From contig OY970332.1 in the NCBI GenBank assembly GCA_963717435.1, positions 128,001 through 192,000 of the forward strand: 64,000 nucleotides of DNA. Direction: 5' to 3'. The notes below the pieces were generated by a model. That model had not been told where the DNA came from and ran no database searches. It worked only from the letters and a program-made list of their open reading frames with translations. Origin of the DNA: an uncultured bacterium. GTDB taxonomy: Bacteria; Babelota; Babeliae; Babelales; Babelaceae. Position numbers and translations under genes: made by a program. Positions 10,385-20,652 of this stretch are shown piece by piece. Each line of letters starts with the position of its first letter. Position 1 is the first letter of the stretch.

Positions 10385-10912
10385 ATGAAGAAAATATTTT
10401 TACTACTAACAATCACATTATCACAAGCACAAGTTTGTCTTGCTGATTCTGCTGAAATAGCAGTACAAAGCGCTATTGAAAATTCTCAGCAAACAGAAGA
10501 AAACAAGCCAGAAACATGGCGCGAGTATTTTGACAGTAAAATTGCTAGCACAAAAAACGGGCTAAATAACGGATATTTGTGGGTTAAGAAAAATCCCGGA
10601 AAAATTATCATCGGGGCAATAATAACATTAATAATTATTGCTGATGCTCATAGATTCAAAAAAAGACACCTGTCCAATTCAAATAATGCTAATAATAACA
10701 ACAATATTTTGAATGATGCAGCCAGGAAATTACTTGAAGAAACAGAACACGATATTGCCGCGGAAGGCGATAACCCGTTTGCAACTGATGATGAAAAACG
10801 CGATCCAAAGTTTTTTAGATTAATTAAACGCGCTAGGGGCATAAATTTGAGCAAGCAAGAAACTAATCCTAGCGAGAATTCAGATACTGAGAGCGGCGCA
10901 GAACAGATTTAA
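10385..10912 (+). CDS. Secreted/membrane-anchored protein, N-terminus nearly identical to 9195-10280
   Basis: First about 71 codons nearly identical to the 9195 ORF; unrelated after WVKKNP. Confidence 0.8.
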   Translation: MKKIFLLLTITLSQAQVCLADSAEIAVQSAIENSQQTEENKPETWREYFDSKIASTKNGLNNGYLWVKKNPGKIIIGAIITLIIIADAHRFKKRHLSNSNNANNNNNILNDAARKLLEETEHDIAAEGDNPFATDDEKRDPKFFRLIKRARGINLSKQETNPSENSDTESGAEQI

Positions 10913-11688
10913 CTATTAATCTTGTTCCAGAATTCTAATAACTGGGGCTTGGTAAGTTGCTGGGCGCGGAGAGTGAGAAGTTCGGGCTGCACAGCGTCTA
11001 GATTGTAATGCGTTTGTTGTAAGTTATTTTTGATCGTTCTTCTTGGTTGCTTAAACACAAGCTTAACAAATTTCCAAAACTCTTCTTCGTTTTCAATCTT
11101 ATCCAAAACTTTTCTTGGCTTAAAATATAATAATCGAGAAAATACTTTCGGTGGTGGGTAAAACGCATCGGGAGAGATTTTATCTAGTAATTTCCATTCA
11201 AAAAAATGCTGAAAATATACAGAGACAAAGCCGTAATCACGACCACCAGATTTGGTGATCTTTTGCGCAACTTCTTCTTGAACCATTATTACACCTTCAG
11301 AAAAAATATCTCTATTTTTCTGAAATAAATATAAAAGCGGGAACGTAATTTGATACGGCAAATTTGCAAGTAGTGTCCAGGGCTTATGCTCTTGAAATCT
11401 TGAAAAATCTACATCAAGAATATTTTCTAAGTTCATAGTAAGACGAGGATCCGGATAGGTCTTCTTGACATAAGACGCCCATTCCGGATCTATCTCAAAT
11501 ATCCAAAGTCTGGCTATGTTAGTATGCAAAATAGATTTAGTTAAAAAACCGTCACCGCAGCCAATTTCAAACACGCTTGTGTTTTTATCAAGTTTCACAT
11601 GATCAAGCATAGAATCGATAACCGATTGTCTGCGCAAAAAATGCTGCCCGTATTTTTTCTTTAATCTAATTCCGTCTAATTCTGCCAT
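10909..11688 (-). CDS. rsmA: 16S rRNA adenine dimethyltransferase
   Basis: KKKYGQHFL, VFEIGCGDG, ANLPYQIT, MVQEEVA, FYPPPKV, FKQPRRTIKNNL. Confidence 0.95.
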   Translation of the reverse strand: MAELDGIRLKKKYGQHFLRRQSVIDSMLDHVKLDKNTSVFEIGCGDGFLTKSILHTNIARLWIFEIDPEWASYVKKTYPDPRLTMNLENILDVDFSRFQEHKPWTLLANLPYQITFPLLYLFQKNRDIFSEGVIMVQEEVAQKITKSGGRDYGFVSVYFQHFFEWKLLDKISPDAFYPPPKVFSRLLYFKPRKVLDKIENEEEFWKFVKLVFKQPRRTIKNNLQQTHYNLDAVQPELLTLRAQQLTKPQLLEFWNKINS

Positions 11689-11727
11689 TTTATTATTTTA
11701 GTAAAAATTTATTTTATTATATTTAAT

Positions 11728-12792
11728 TTACGTTTTCATGAGTGCGTCTTTGAAAAAGTCTAGTTGCTCTAGAACTTTTCCCGCACCATTTACAACACAG
11801 AATAATGGATTTTCTGCTATTCTTACAGGCAAACCTGTGTCTTGACTTACAAGTTCACTAAGACCGCGTAATAGCGATCCGCCACCTGCCATTACTATAC
11901 CCTTATCCACCAAATCTGAAGATAACTCAGGCGGTGTATTTTCAAGCGCAACGCGAATAACATCCACTATGCTCGCAACAGTTTCTAATAGAGATTCATG
12001 CACTTCTGCGCTGGTTAAAATAATTGTCTTTGGGACACCGGTCACGAGATCGCGACCCTTAACTTCCATTGTTTCAATATTTGAGTTATGCAAAACTGTA
12101 CCGATCTGAATTTTAATTAATTCTGCAGTACGTTCACCTATTAATAAATTATACTTTCTTTTTACATATTGGACAATGGAGCGATCCATGCCATCGCCAC
12201 CAACTCTTACGGATCTGCAGAAAACTACGTCTTTTAGAGTTATAACAGCAACTTCGGTTGTACCACCACCAATATCAACTATCATGCTGCCCGACGGATC
12301 CTGAACCGGAAGTCCTGCGCCAATTGCTGCAGCCATTGGCTCCATAATTGTATAAACTTCTCGCGCACCAGCCTGCTTTGCTGAATCTTCTACTGCACGT
12401 CTTTCAACTTGTGTGATTCCTGAAGGTACACCTATGATCATACGAGGACGAACCAATGTTCTTCGGTCGTCATGCACAACCCTGATAAAATATCTTAACA
12501 TGCTTTCTGTAAGCTCAAAATTTGCAATTACACCATCACGCATTGGCCTGCATGCAATTATACTTTCAGGAGTTTTTCCTAACATTTCTTTTGCTCTACG
12601 ACCCGCGGCAAGAACCTGATTTGTGTGAGCCTTAACCGCAACCACAGATGGCTCATCAAGAACTATGCCTCTTCCAGGAACATAAACAACTGTGTTTGCT
12701 GTTCCTAAATCGATAGCCAAGTCGTTAGAAAAAAAACCGAAGAGCCTTTTGGCTGGAAAAAATTTATCATAAAAAGTGTTCATATTGCTCAT
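11728..12792 (-). CDS. mreB: Rod shape-determining protein MreB
   Basis: AIDLGTANT, EPSVVA, RPMRDGVIA, EPMAAAIGAG, DIGGGTTEVA, AGGGSLL. True start probably 12792 or 12783 (the ORF-track extension overlaps the upstream gene). Confidence 0.97.
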   Translation of the reverse strand: MSNMNTFYDKFFPAKRLFGFFSNDLAIDLGTANTVVYVPGRGIVLDEPSVVAVKAHTNQVLAAGRRAKEMLGKTPESIIACRPMRDGVIANFELTESMLRYFIRVVHDDRRTLVRPRMIIGVPSGITQVERRAVEDSAKQAGAREVYTIMEPMAAAIGAGLPVQDPSGSMIVDIGGGTTEVAVITLKDVVFCRSVRVGGDGMDRSIVQYVKRKYNLLIGERTAELIKIQIGTVLHNSNIETMEVKGRDLVTGVPKTIILTSAEVHESLLETVASIVDVIRVALENTPPELSSDLVDKGIVMAGGGSLLRGLSELVSQDTGLPVRIAENPLFCVVNGAGKVLEQLDFFKDALMKT

Positions 12793-12809
12793 ATATTTTT
12801 TACCTACAA

Positions 12810-14078
12810 TTAAAAACAGGACTCTATCAAAAGCGATACAAAATTTGTTTTTGGCGTACGTTTTGGTGTCACAAAGAAGTTGGTCGGAATATCCCATGCA
12901 AAAGATACAATGGGTGATAGCCCGCGGTCCTCTTTGAACCTTCCAAAATCATAACGAAACTCTAAAGTAACATGCTCCATAACCCACGAAGATCTTTTGT
13001 ATACACATGCAAGTGCAGCATTAACAGATTTATCGCATCTCATGTCAGTTATATCATCTTTTTGATGTTTGACAAATGTGTAGCCCACTAACAACCCGAA
13101 GCCCTCACGCAAGCCGTCAAGTCTAAAATATGGGGCAATAATAAACGTAAATCCCGGATCGACTTTTAAGGGACCAACATTGATGCCATAATTGGTTGGC
13201 TCCAATAAAACTGGAAACCTGCTTTGTATTGTTTTTGTAAAACGCTTGTTCAACCGCAAAAGTGCTCCCAATTTCATATCGCGCTTTAACTCAAATTCTG
13301 CGTCAATTGCGCCATAAATACCCCAAAATCCATTGCCACCAAATGGCACCGATGCGGGGTTATTTATATCTAGTTTGCCACCAGTTGGAATTATAACACC
13401 AAGACGACCGCCAACATCTATGCTGCGCATCTTAAGTAGATAATCAAATCTGTCGCCTGCTCTTAAATAAATATCAAGATCTCCAAATCCAAATGCGCTA
13501 AACTCTGGAGAACTTACGCCAATCAATCTATTCATTGTTTGCTTTAAAAGTAAGAGCTCGTTTTCATCACCTTCCGGCTGGGCTGGCAAACTTGTCTGAA
13601 TACCCCCAACTTCTCTTCGAAACTGCTGATGATATCCCACGTGCATAAAAAGAGCTGAGACACCCAGAGCCATGTGGCAACCAAGAGACTGATGATATAA
13701 AAACGCAACACCTTGTGTTTCTAAAAGGCCATAAGGATCCCAAGGAACTGTCGCTAGACCCATCCAATCTGATCTGAATAAACTGCCTGAAGTTTTTCCT
13801 GAAAGTTGTAACGCTTTGTCTATTTTGACCATATCGTATGGTCCGTTAAAAGCAGTTATTGAAGTAGTTTCGCCCGTGTCATTGTAGGCACTGTCTGCCG
13901 TTGAAGCAAATGGCTGGACTATTAAATGTGATAGATAATCTTCGAATTTTGTGTACTGTTTTTGATATAATGGCACAAATCTGTTATCAAAAGTCATCGC
14001 CTGTGATTTATTCAAACATATAACCGAAATAAATACGGTTGCTATAAATTTGAGAAGTTTGTCTGTATTTACTGTCAT
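12810..14078 (-). CDS. Secreted hypothetical protein, probable outer-membrane beta-barrel
   Basis: Signal peptide, alternating hydrophobic beta pattern, GFGDLDIYLRAG segment, C-terminal Phe. Confidence 0.6.
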   Translation of the reverse strand: MTVNTDKLLKFIATVFISVICLNKSQAMTFDNRFVPLYQKQYTKFEDYLSHLIVQPFASTADSAYNDTGETTSITAFNGPYDMVKIDKALQLSGKTSGSLFRSDWMGLATVPWDPYGLLETQGVAFLYHQSLGCHMALGVSALFMHVGYHQQFRREVGGIQTSLPAQPEGDENELLLLKQTMNRLIGVSSPEFSAFGFGDLDIYLRAGDRFDYLLKMRSIDVGGRLGVIIPTGGKLDINNPASVPFGGNGFWGIYGAIDAEFELKRDMKLGALLRLNKRFTKTIQSRFPVLLEPTNYGINVGPLKVDPGFTFIIAPYFRLDGLREGFGLLVGYTFVKHQKDDITDMRCDKSVNAALACVYKRSSWVMEHVTLEFRYDFGRFKEDRGLSPIVSFAWDIPTNFFVTPKRTPKTNFVSLLIESCF

Positions 14079-14238
14079 AAAGTTTCCCGGTTATACTCTG
14101 CTTATATATTTTGAGAAGGGATCTTTTGCCCAAAACAACGTATACATAATAAATTAACTATCTCTTTTGGGCAACTTCTACTTGCTCTTATCGTGCAAAA
14201 CTTAATTAATATTTTTAAAAATAAAATTTTTAATAAAA

Positions 14239-14275
14239 AATTGGGCCCGTAGAAAGTGTATCTACGAGCCCAATT
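14239..14275 (-). terminator. Rho-independent terminator
   Basis: AATTGGGCCCGTAGA / TCTACGAGCCCAATT inverted repeat with adjacent A-run (U-tail on minus strand) downstream of 14326 ORF. Confidence 0.7.
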
Positions 14276-14325
14276 AATTTAAAATCAAAAAAATATTTTT
14301 GAAAAATTTGTAAAATTATTAATAG

Positions 14326-14799
14326 TTATTTATTTCCAACAACCAACTTGCCATAAGCCGCCAAAGCATACTGCATCTTTTTAGCTGCCAAATTTAATAG
14401 CCGAAGTTTTTCAGATTTTTCAGACAATTTTTCTATACCGACTAAAATAATAAATGGGCCATAAGCCGGGGCAAGAAATATTTTCTGACAAATTGGCCTC
14501 TCTAAATCTTCTTCATCTTTACATAGAGGGCTATAAAGCAAACCAAAACCTATAAGTTCTAGAGCTAACAAAGTTGTTATGGCACCTGCTTTTTTGGGAT
14601 TATCTTGCGCCCATTTTGCCAAACTTGATTCTTTAATTTTATCCAAGTTTTTTGAAAAAAAAGTTTTATTTTTATCAGATTTTTCTTGAGCTAGTTTTTC
14701 TTGATCAATATTTTTATTAAATTCTTGCGCTGCACCGAGACATACCCCAGTAAATAAAATTAATAACAAATATAACTGTGCTTTAAATATTTTATTCAT
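14326..14799 (-). CDS. Secreted/membrane-anchored protein (WAQDNPKK + TM module)
   Basis: Signal peptide; LAKWAQDNPKKAGAITTLLALELIGFGLL; second hydrophobic segment. Confidence 0.75.
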   Translation of the reverse strand: MNKIFKAQLYLLLILFTGVCLGAAQEFNKNIDQEKLAQEKSDKNKTFFSKNLDKIKESSLAKWAQDNPKKAGAITTLLALELIGFGLLYSPLCKDEEDLERPICQKIFLAPAYGPFIILVGIEKLSEKSEKLRLLNLAAKKMQYALAAYGKLVVGNK

Positions 14800-14846
14800 G
14801 ATTACACGTGATCCTCAATAAGATTATCTAACAGCCACTCTTTAAA

Positions 14847-15254
14847 TTATTTTTTTATTTTTTCTAATCCCAACAAAGTTTGCTTGATAAAATTTTTCAT
14901 AGCAACTTTTACGGGATTTTGTTTAGAAACACAAATACTTACTGTTTCTTTAACAGGCAATAATAATGCAGCCAAACATATTAACGGAAAATCACAATTT
15001 TCAAGAGCACTAATTTTTTTATTGGCTTTAAACTTTGTATAAATATGCAAATAACTAGCATAGCTATATAAACCAAAGCCAGTTAATGCAAGAGAGATTG
15101 CTACTTTTTTGGGATTTTGCTTGATCCAATTGACAGCTTTATCACGCCCAGATTTTACCTGTTCTTTTGCTTCTTTAATAGAATAAGCTGAGACCAGATT
15201 GGGGATTAAGCCTGTAAAAGCAAGATATAACATCAGTTTTGATACAAATTTCAT
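14847..15254 (-). CDS. Secreted/membrane-anchored protein (WIKQNPKK + TM module)
   Basis: Starts MKFVSKLM, same as upstream paralog; motif plus TM. Confidence 0.75.
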   Translation of the reverse strand: MKFVSKLMLYLAFTGLIPNLVSAYSIKEAKEQVKSGRDKAVNWIKQNPKKVAISLALTGFGLYSYASYLHIYTKFKANKKISALENCDFPLICLAALLLPVKETVSICVSKQNPVKVAMKNFIKQTLLGLEKIKK

Positions 15255-15255
15255 A

Positions 15256-15639
15256 TTACTTCTTACCCACAAGTTTTTCTATCGAATATTCTAAAAAATC
15301 CAAAAGATTATTTATATAAGCTGGATTATCAAACTCGCTTCTATTTAATAAAATTTTAGTTAAAACAGCTATACCCGCCAGAGGAGAAACGATAGCTTTT
15401 CTCCACAATGGGGCCTTGATCTCATCGTCTTGGTTTAAACCATGTAAACCCAAGCCACTAATCGGAAGTAAAACTGCAAGGGCTAAAAGCTTTTTCTTGT
15501 GTGTTTTAGAAAACAATAAGGCTTTATCACAACCCGCTTTTACCTGTTCTGTTGCCTCCTTAATAGAATAAGCTGAGATCAGATTGGGGATTAAGCCTGT
15601 AAAAGCAAGATATAACATCAGTTTTGACACGAATTTCAT
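15256..15639 (-). CDS. Secreted/membrane-anchored protein (FSKTHKKK + TM module), paralog of 14847-15254
   Basis: GGAGG SD; first about 40 codons nearly identical to the downstream gene. Confidence 0.75.
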   Translation of the reverse strand: MKFVSKLMLYLAFTGLIPNLISAYSIKEATEQVKAGCDKALLFSKTHKKKLLALAVLLPISGLGLHGLNQDDEIKAPLWRKAIVSPLAGIAVLTKILLNRSEFDNPAYINNLLDFLEYSIEKLVGKK

Positions 15640-15963
15640 AAAAAACCTCCAAATTAATACTTTTAGGTTATTTTCAGGTATAAATTATTAATAAATATAT
15701 CTAAAAATCAGCCAGTATATTATTAAATTTAATATATATTGCCAGGTTGTCAATTGGGTGGGCCTCCAAGAAAGAGTCAGGAAGCGGCAGAACCCCAAAA
15801 ACATCCCTGAACAAATCTAATAACTATAATAATTAACTGTAATATTTAATATATTTTTAGACTTGCTTGTAAGCTCATGATAAATTACAGATAATTACGG
15901 CGCATATATTAGCGTATATATTTAAAATATTTTGAAATTAAAACAGTTTTAGAGGAGTCGATT

Positions 15964-17400
15964 ATGATAACCCAAAAACTTCAGGCAGTGGTTCTTGCAG
16001 CAGGAAAATCGTCAAGATTTAATACAAAAAATTCGAAATTAAGTTACAAACTTTGTGGACAAGAGATGATCGCATATCCAGCAAAGTTGTTAAATAATTT
16101 GGGAATCAACACAACACTTGTAGTCGGTTATCAAAAAGAGTTAATCAAAGATATTTTGAATAAATATAATTTAACGAATATTAACTACGTAGAACAAAAA
16201 GAACAAAAGGGCACAGGACACGCTCTTATGTGCACAGAAGATTTTTGGAACGCAGATAATATTTTGGTAATGAACGGCGATATGCCATTAATATCACAGA
16301 GTTTGATAGAAGAGCTAATAGAAAAACACCAAAAAACTGAAGCCGCTATAAGTTTTGTTATAGCACATAACGATGACCCTACTTTGCCAGGATATGGCAG
16401 AGTTGTGGAAGAAAATGGCGCGATTAAAATTATTGAAGCTAAAGAATTTAATGGTGACTTTAACACACATTGCTGGATAAACGCCGGGGTTTATATAATC
16501 AGAAAAGATTTTTTAAAAAGTTATAAAGATCTTTTGACAACAAATAGAACCAGTGGCGAAATTTATATTACTGATCTAATATCACTTGCAAGTTTAAACG
16601 AAGAAATCATAACACCGGTCAAAACGTCTTTTGATCAAGTACGTGGCATAAACACTCTAAAAGAATTGTGGACAGCTGAGCAGATTAAAAGATCTGAGCT
16701 TATAGCTTATTGGAAAGAGAACGGCGTATATTTTTCACTTGCGCAAAGTGTTCATATCGATCTTGAAGTTACTATAGGTGCCGGAACAATTGTTGGAATT
16801 GGCGTACAACTTCTTGGAAAAACAAAAGTTGGCTCACGCGTTCAAATTGGCGTAGGCTCTGTAATATCTAACAGCCTGATTCATGACGATGCTTTTATAC
16901 ACCCATGTTGTGTAATTACAGATTCTGAAATTCAGTCTGAGGCAAAAATCGGGCCATTTGCGCACATAAAAGATAAATCAAATATTGGCAAAAATAGTTC
17001 TGTTGGAAACTTTGTTGAAGTTACAAGATCGACGCTTGGAGAAAAAACAAAAGCTAAGCATCTGGCTTATATTGGCGACGCAATAGTTGGCGCAAACGTT
17101 AATATTGGCGCAGGGACAATAGTTTGCAACTATGACGGCTTTAATAAGAACAAAACTTTTATAGAGAATAATGTTTCTATTGGGAGCAACAACTGCTTGG
17201 TCGCTCCTGTTACACTTTGTGAAAGTTCAATAACAGCTGCAGGGTCCGTCATAACAGAAGATGTTCCAAAAAACAGTTTAGCTATCGCAAGAACTAAGCA
17301 AGTTAACAAAGAGGGCTACGCTACAAAATTAAGGGATAAGTTAAGCAAAAAAATAAAAAAGATAAATCCTGCAAAAACAGAGTTTCAAGAACTGGCATGA
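15964..17400 (+). CDS. glmU: Bifunctional UDP-GlcNAc pyrophosphorylase / glucosamine-1-P N-acetyltransferase
   Basis: VVLAAGKSSR, GTGHA, NGDMPLI, GYGRV, hexapeptide repeats, GNFVE, KAKHLAYIGDA, NYDG. Confidence 0.96.
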   Translation: MITQKLQAVVLAAGKSSRFNTKNSKLSYKLCGQEMIAYPAKLLNNLGINTTLVVGYQKELIKDILNKYNLTNINYVEQKEQKGTGHALMCTEDFWNADNILVMNGDMPLISQSLIEELIEKHQKTEAAISFVIAHNDDPTLPGYGRVVEENGAIKIIEAKEFNGDFNTHCWINAGVYIIRKDFLKSYKDLLTTNRTSGEIYITDLISLASLNEEIITPVKTSFDQVRGINTLKELWTAEQIKRSELIAYWKENGVYFSLAQSVHIDLEVTIGAGTIVGIGVQLLGKTKVGSRVQIGVGSVISNSLIHDDAFIHPCCVITDSEIQSEAKIGPFAHIKDKSNIGKNSSVGNFVEVTRSTLGEKTKAKHLAYIGDAIVGANVNIGAGTIVCNYDGFNKNKTFIENNVSIGSNNCLVAPVTLCESSITAAGSVITEDVPKNSLAIARTKQVNKEGYATKLRDKLSKKIKKINPAKTEFQELA

Positions 17401-18647
17401 TCAAATTTATACACACCGCTGACATACATTTTGGGATGGAAAACTATGGCAGAATAGATCCCCAGACTGGAATACACACCAGATTATTAGATTTTGAAAG
17501 AGCATTAAATTTTTGCATAGACTATGCAATCGACAATAGTTTCGATTTTTTTCTATTTTCTGGAGATGCATATAAAACTGCGCATCCGACGCCAACTCAG
17601 CAGAGATTATTACTACAGTGTTTTCTGAGATTATACAAAGCAAATATTCCTGTAATTATAATTGTTGGAAATCATGATAACCCATTAAGTTTTGGAAAAG
17701 CGCATGCCCTTGAAATATTTGGGCAGCTGCCAGTTGATGGATTTTATGTAGTTAGCAAACCAGAAATTATTAATTTAAAAACTAAAAACGGCCCCATAAA
17801 TATTGTGGGAATACCCTGGCCAACCAAAGGTAACATAGCATCTTCAAATCAACACTTATACTCTTCTGCTTTTGAACTTACAAATTATATCAGTGCCGCT
17901 ATAAGTTCGATAATAAAAAAATTTGCTGCCGAACTTGACCCAAAAATACCCGCGGTTCTTGCAGGACACTTAACAGTCACATCTGGTATTTTTTCAGGAT
18001 CTGAAAAGCGTGCAATATATGGCAACGATCCAGTATTTTTGCCGTCTCAACTTGCAATAGAGCCATTTGATTATGTCGCACTGGGACATCTGCATAGACA
18101 TCAAAATTTAAATATTAATGGCTATCCGGCAGTTGTTTATTCTGGCTCTATAGAGCGTGTTGATTTTGGTGAAAGAAAAGAAGAAAAAGGCTTTTGCGCT
18201 GTTACTATTACAGAAAAAAATAAAACAACTTATGAGTTCATAAAAACACCCACTCGTAAATTTATACAGATAGAAGTCGAACTCAACTCTATTAATTCTA
18301 GTAATTCTACTGAAGATCAAACTGATCAAATAATTAAAGAGATATCAAAATATAATATCACTGATGCTGTGATAAAAATTCTTTATACTGTCCCTTCGGG
18401 CCAAAAAGACAGGGTTGACCTGCAAAGGGTTCAAGCTTATTGCGCTGACGCGATTTACATTGCTGGAATTATACCCATCAGATTTCATGAGATTAAAGAG
18501 AAAAGAGCAAATTTAAAAGTCGATATGGACCTTGTAAATTTGCTCAATGCTTATTTTGAAACTAAGCCAGAGTATAAACAACAAAAAGATAAACTTATTT
18601 TAAAGGCTCTTGACCTGGAATCTGAATGTTGTGATAACGAATCTTAA
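17397..18647 (+). CDS. sbcD: SbcD/Mre11-family exonuclease
   Basis: HTADIHFG, SGDAY, GNHD, YVALGHLH, YSGSIERVDFGE motifs. Confidence 0.9.
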   Translation: MIKFIHTADIHFGMENYGRIDPQTGIHTRLLDFERALNFCIDYAIDNSFDFFLFSGDAYKTAHPTPTQQRLLLQCFLRLYKANIPVIIIVGNHDNPLSFGKAHALEIFGQLPVDGFYVVSKPEIINLKTKNGPINIVGIPWPTKGNIASSNQHLYSSAFELTNYISAAISSIIKKFAAELDPKIPAVLAGHLTVTSGIFSGSEKRAIYGNDPVFLPSQLAIEPFDYVALGHLHRHQNLNINGYPAVVYSGSIERVDFGERKEEKGFCAVTITEKNKTTYEFIKTPTRKFIQIEVELNSINSSNSTEDQTDQIIKEISKYNITDAVIKILYTVPSGQKDRVDLQRVQAYCADAIYIAGIIPIRFHEIKEKRANLKVDMDLVNLLNAYFETKPEYKQQKDKLILKALDLESECCDNES

Positions 18648-19485
18648 CTGAGTCGAACAGCTTGTTTTCATAATCTTTCATGCGATCTTCGTATGCTTTT
18701 AATTTTAAAATTTCTTCGATTTCCTGACGTCTTTCCTCAAGCGGAACATTATGGGCCTCTGTTTTTGAAACCAACTTAACTAGATAAACTCCGTCGTCAG
18801 TTTTTTTGAATATAGAAACCTGATCTATACCCATGCCCGTTATAAATTTCTGATCTTCAGAAAACTCAGATAGTTTAAATTCTACCGGTTCATCCCAAGA
18901 AACTGCGTACTGTATATCGCCACTATTAATTAGTTTTTCTATGCCCGCAATATTTTCTTCCGGTGTTTTTTCTTTGTTAAAAGCAAAAAAAGTTTGTGAA
19001 ATTTTATAGCTTTCTTCTATTTTGATTGGATTTTTATCGTTATAGTCTTTAATTGCTTCGTCACTAATCACAACTTGGTTTTGTTGTCTGACTCTATAAG
19101 ATACAACTTCTTGGACCATGTTGGTTTTTTTTAGCTCTTGCCTGCCCTCTTCAGGCGTTAACCCAAGCTCTAAAAAGCCATTTTCTATTTGCTTCAAACT
19201 GTAACCTGTCTGCTTTTGCAACATTGCCAAATATCGCTCAACATCTTCGTCTGAAACCTCGACATGTAACTTTTTTGCATCTCTAAGCGCCAACTCCTGA
19301 AATAACAGGTCTTTTAATGTTCTTGGGCTCCCATCAAGAGAAGGTCTTATATCTGAAAGTTTAATTAAAATATTTCCCTCGGGATTGTATGCCGTTGCCA
19401 CGGTTCCATCAAGAATATGTAATTTGCCAAACAATGGCGTTAAAAAAGCAGCCAATCCAAAAAACAGTATAATTTTAAATTTCAT
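18595..19485 (-). CDS. SurA-like periplasmic chaperone
   Basis: AGGAG SD before MKFKI; signal peptide; LDGTVATA, EVSDEDVE, ISDEAIKDY, PLEERRQEI patterns of SurA/PrsA proteins. Confidence 0.7.
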   Translation of the reverse strand: MKFKIILFFGLAAFLTPLFGKLHILDGTVATAYNPEGNILIKLSDIRPSLDGSPRTLKDLLFQELALRDAKKLHVEVSDEDVERYLAMLQKQTGYSLKQIENGFLELGLTPEEGRQELKKTNMVQEVVSYRVRQQNQVVISDEAIKDYNDKNPIKIEESYKISQTFFAFNKEKTPEENIAGIEKLINSGDIQYAVSWDEPVEFKLSEFSEDQKFITGMGIDQVSIFKKTDDGVYLVKLVSKTEAHNVPLEERRQEIEEILKLKAYEDRMKDYENKLFDSVKIRYHNIQIPGQEPLK

Positions 19486-19700
19486 ATTCACTCCTTTAGG
19501 CAAGTCACGTAAGTTTTTTATTATTTTAACAGAAATAAGCAATAACAGAACATTAATAGAGAAAATAAGTATATTGAAAAAAAATATTTAAAAAAAATTA
19601 TTTTAAAAATCTTGCAAAATCATAAACAATAGTAGCAGATTACTACAGGAACTAGATATTACTCTGTGAATTTTATGTTCATAAAACTGAAAGGGGCGTT

Positions 19701-20540
19701 ATGATTCAATCAAAGATTAACTCTATGTTTCTTGTCCTGTCTGTTTTTTTGTTCAACCCAAAATATTCTTTATCAACCGGAGGTGATAGTGAGTGGACCG
19801 ATTGTGAAGACTCAGCCGTTGAATCATCAGCCATGAGCGAATATAACCCAGGTGACGATGAAAGCTATGCACCAATAATTGGAACCCTATTGCCCTCGTC
19901 CAAAACCGCAAAAGAGGAAGTTTCTGAAAAAGACAAAGAAGTGCTAAGACTTAGCGCAGAGGTTAATGAATTGACATCAACCGTAAAGTACCTCTTACGT
20001 AAAGAGAGGAGAGACAAAATCGAGCAAAGACAATCTTTTGCTCAATATAAAACCGATATTGACGAGGTGCTAAAAAAAAATCTGTTTGAACAAATACAGG
20101 ACGCAATGATGCATAATAGAGATTCAAATAAAGAATTTTTAAAATCGGAGATATTTAAATTTAAAAAGCATATAAATATGAGGGACAAAAATGGCGACAC
20201 CCTTTTGCATATGGCCGTACAAGTCAAAGATTTAAAGGTTATAAAATATTTAGTGGCTAATGGCGCTGATTATAATATTAAAAATTCGCTAAACCAAACT
20301 CCTGTGGACCTGGTTAATATTCTCAGAGCGGCTTCAAAAGAAAAAGATATCGATCCCGCAGTGAAAAAACAGAACAAAGCATTGGTATCATACTGGCACA
20401 AGAAAGTTATGAAAAAGAAAGATATAAACTTTGAGGACCAAGAACTGAACAAGTTTGAAAAATTAAAACTCGGGTTTGCAAAACAGATCAGCAAATTTAA
20501 AGGTTTTAATTCAAAATTTTCAAAAAGCGCAGACAATTAA
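19701..20540 (+). CDS. Secreted ankyrin-repeat protein
   Basis: Signal peptide, acidic stretch, coiled coil, INMRDKNGDTLLHMAV...YLVANGADYNIKNSLNQTPVD. Confidence 0.85.
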   Translation: MIQSKINSMFLVLSVFLFNPKYSLSTGGDSEWTDCEDSAVESSAMSEYNPGDDESYAPIIGTLLPSSKTAKEEVSEKDKEVLRLSAEVNELTSTVKYLLRKERRDKIEQRQSFAQYKTDIDEVLKKNLFEQIQDAMMHNRDSNKEFLKSEIFKFKKHINMRDKNGDTLLHMAVQVKDLKVIKYLVANGADYNIKNSLNQTPVDLVNILRAASKEKDIDPAVKKQNKALVSYWHKKVMKKKDINFEDQELNKFEKLKLGFAKQISKFKGFNSKFSKSADN

Positions 20541-20578
20541 ATTTTTGCATAAAATTTGAATAAAATATTAACACAAGT

Positions 20579-20630
20579 AAAAAGAGAGAGCGTAAAATAA
20601 GATTTTTATTTTACGCTCTCTCTTTTTTTT
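20579..20630. terminator. Bidirectional Rho-independent terminator
   Basis: 22-bp perfect inverted repeat AAAAAGAGAGAGCGTAAAATAA / TTATTTTACGCTCTCTCTTTTT between convergent genes. Confidence 0.85.
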
Positions 20631-20652
20631 ATACTCTTAAATATCTGTTAAA

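Noticed and set aside
12793-12897. N-terminal extensions given by the ORF track for mreB, murB (30168), SurA-like (19542), ATPase (57404) and 59816
   Set aside because: They overlap neighbours or lack SD; downstream starts match family N-termini and SD positions.
15750-15815. Possible SRP or other ncRNA in a GC-richer intergenic patch (TCAGGAAGCGGCAG)
   Set aside because: Lacks the full SRP domain IV motif and a supporting long stem; cannot be supported without a covariance search.
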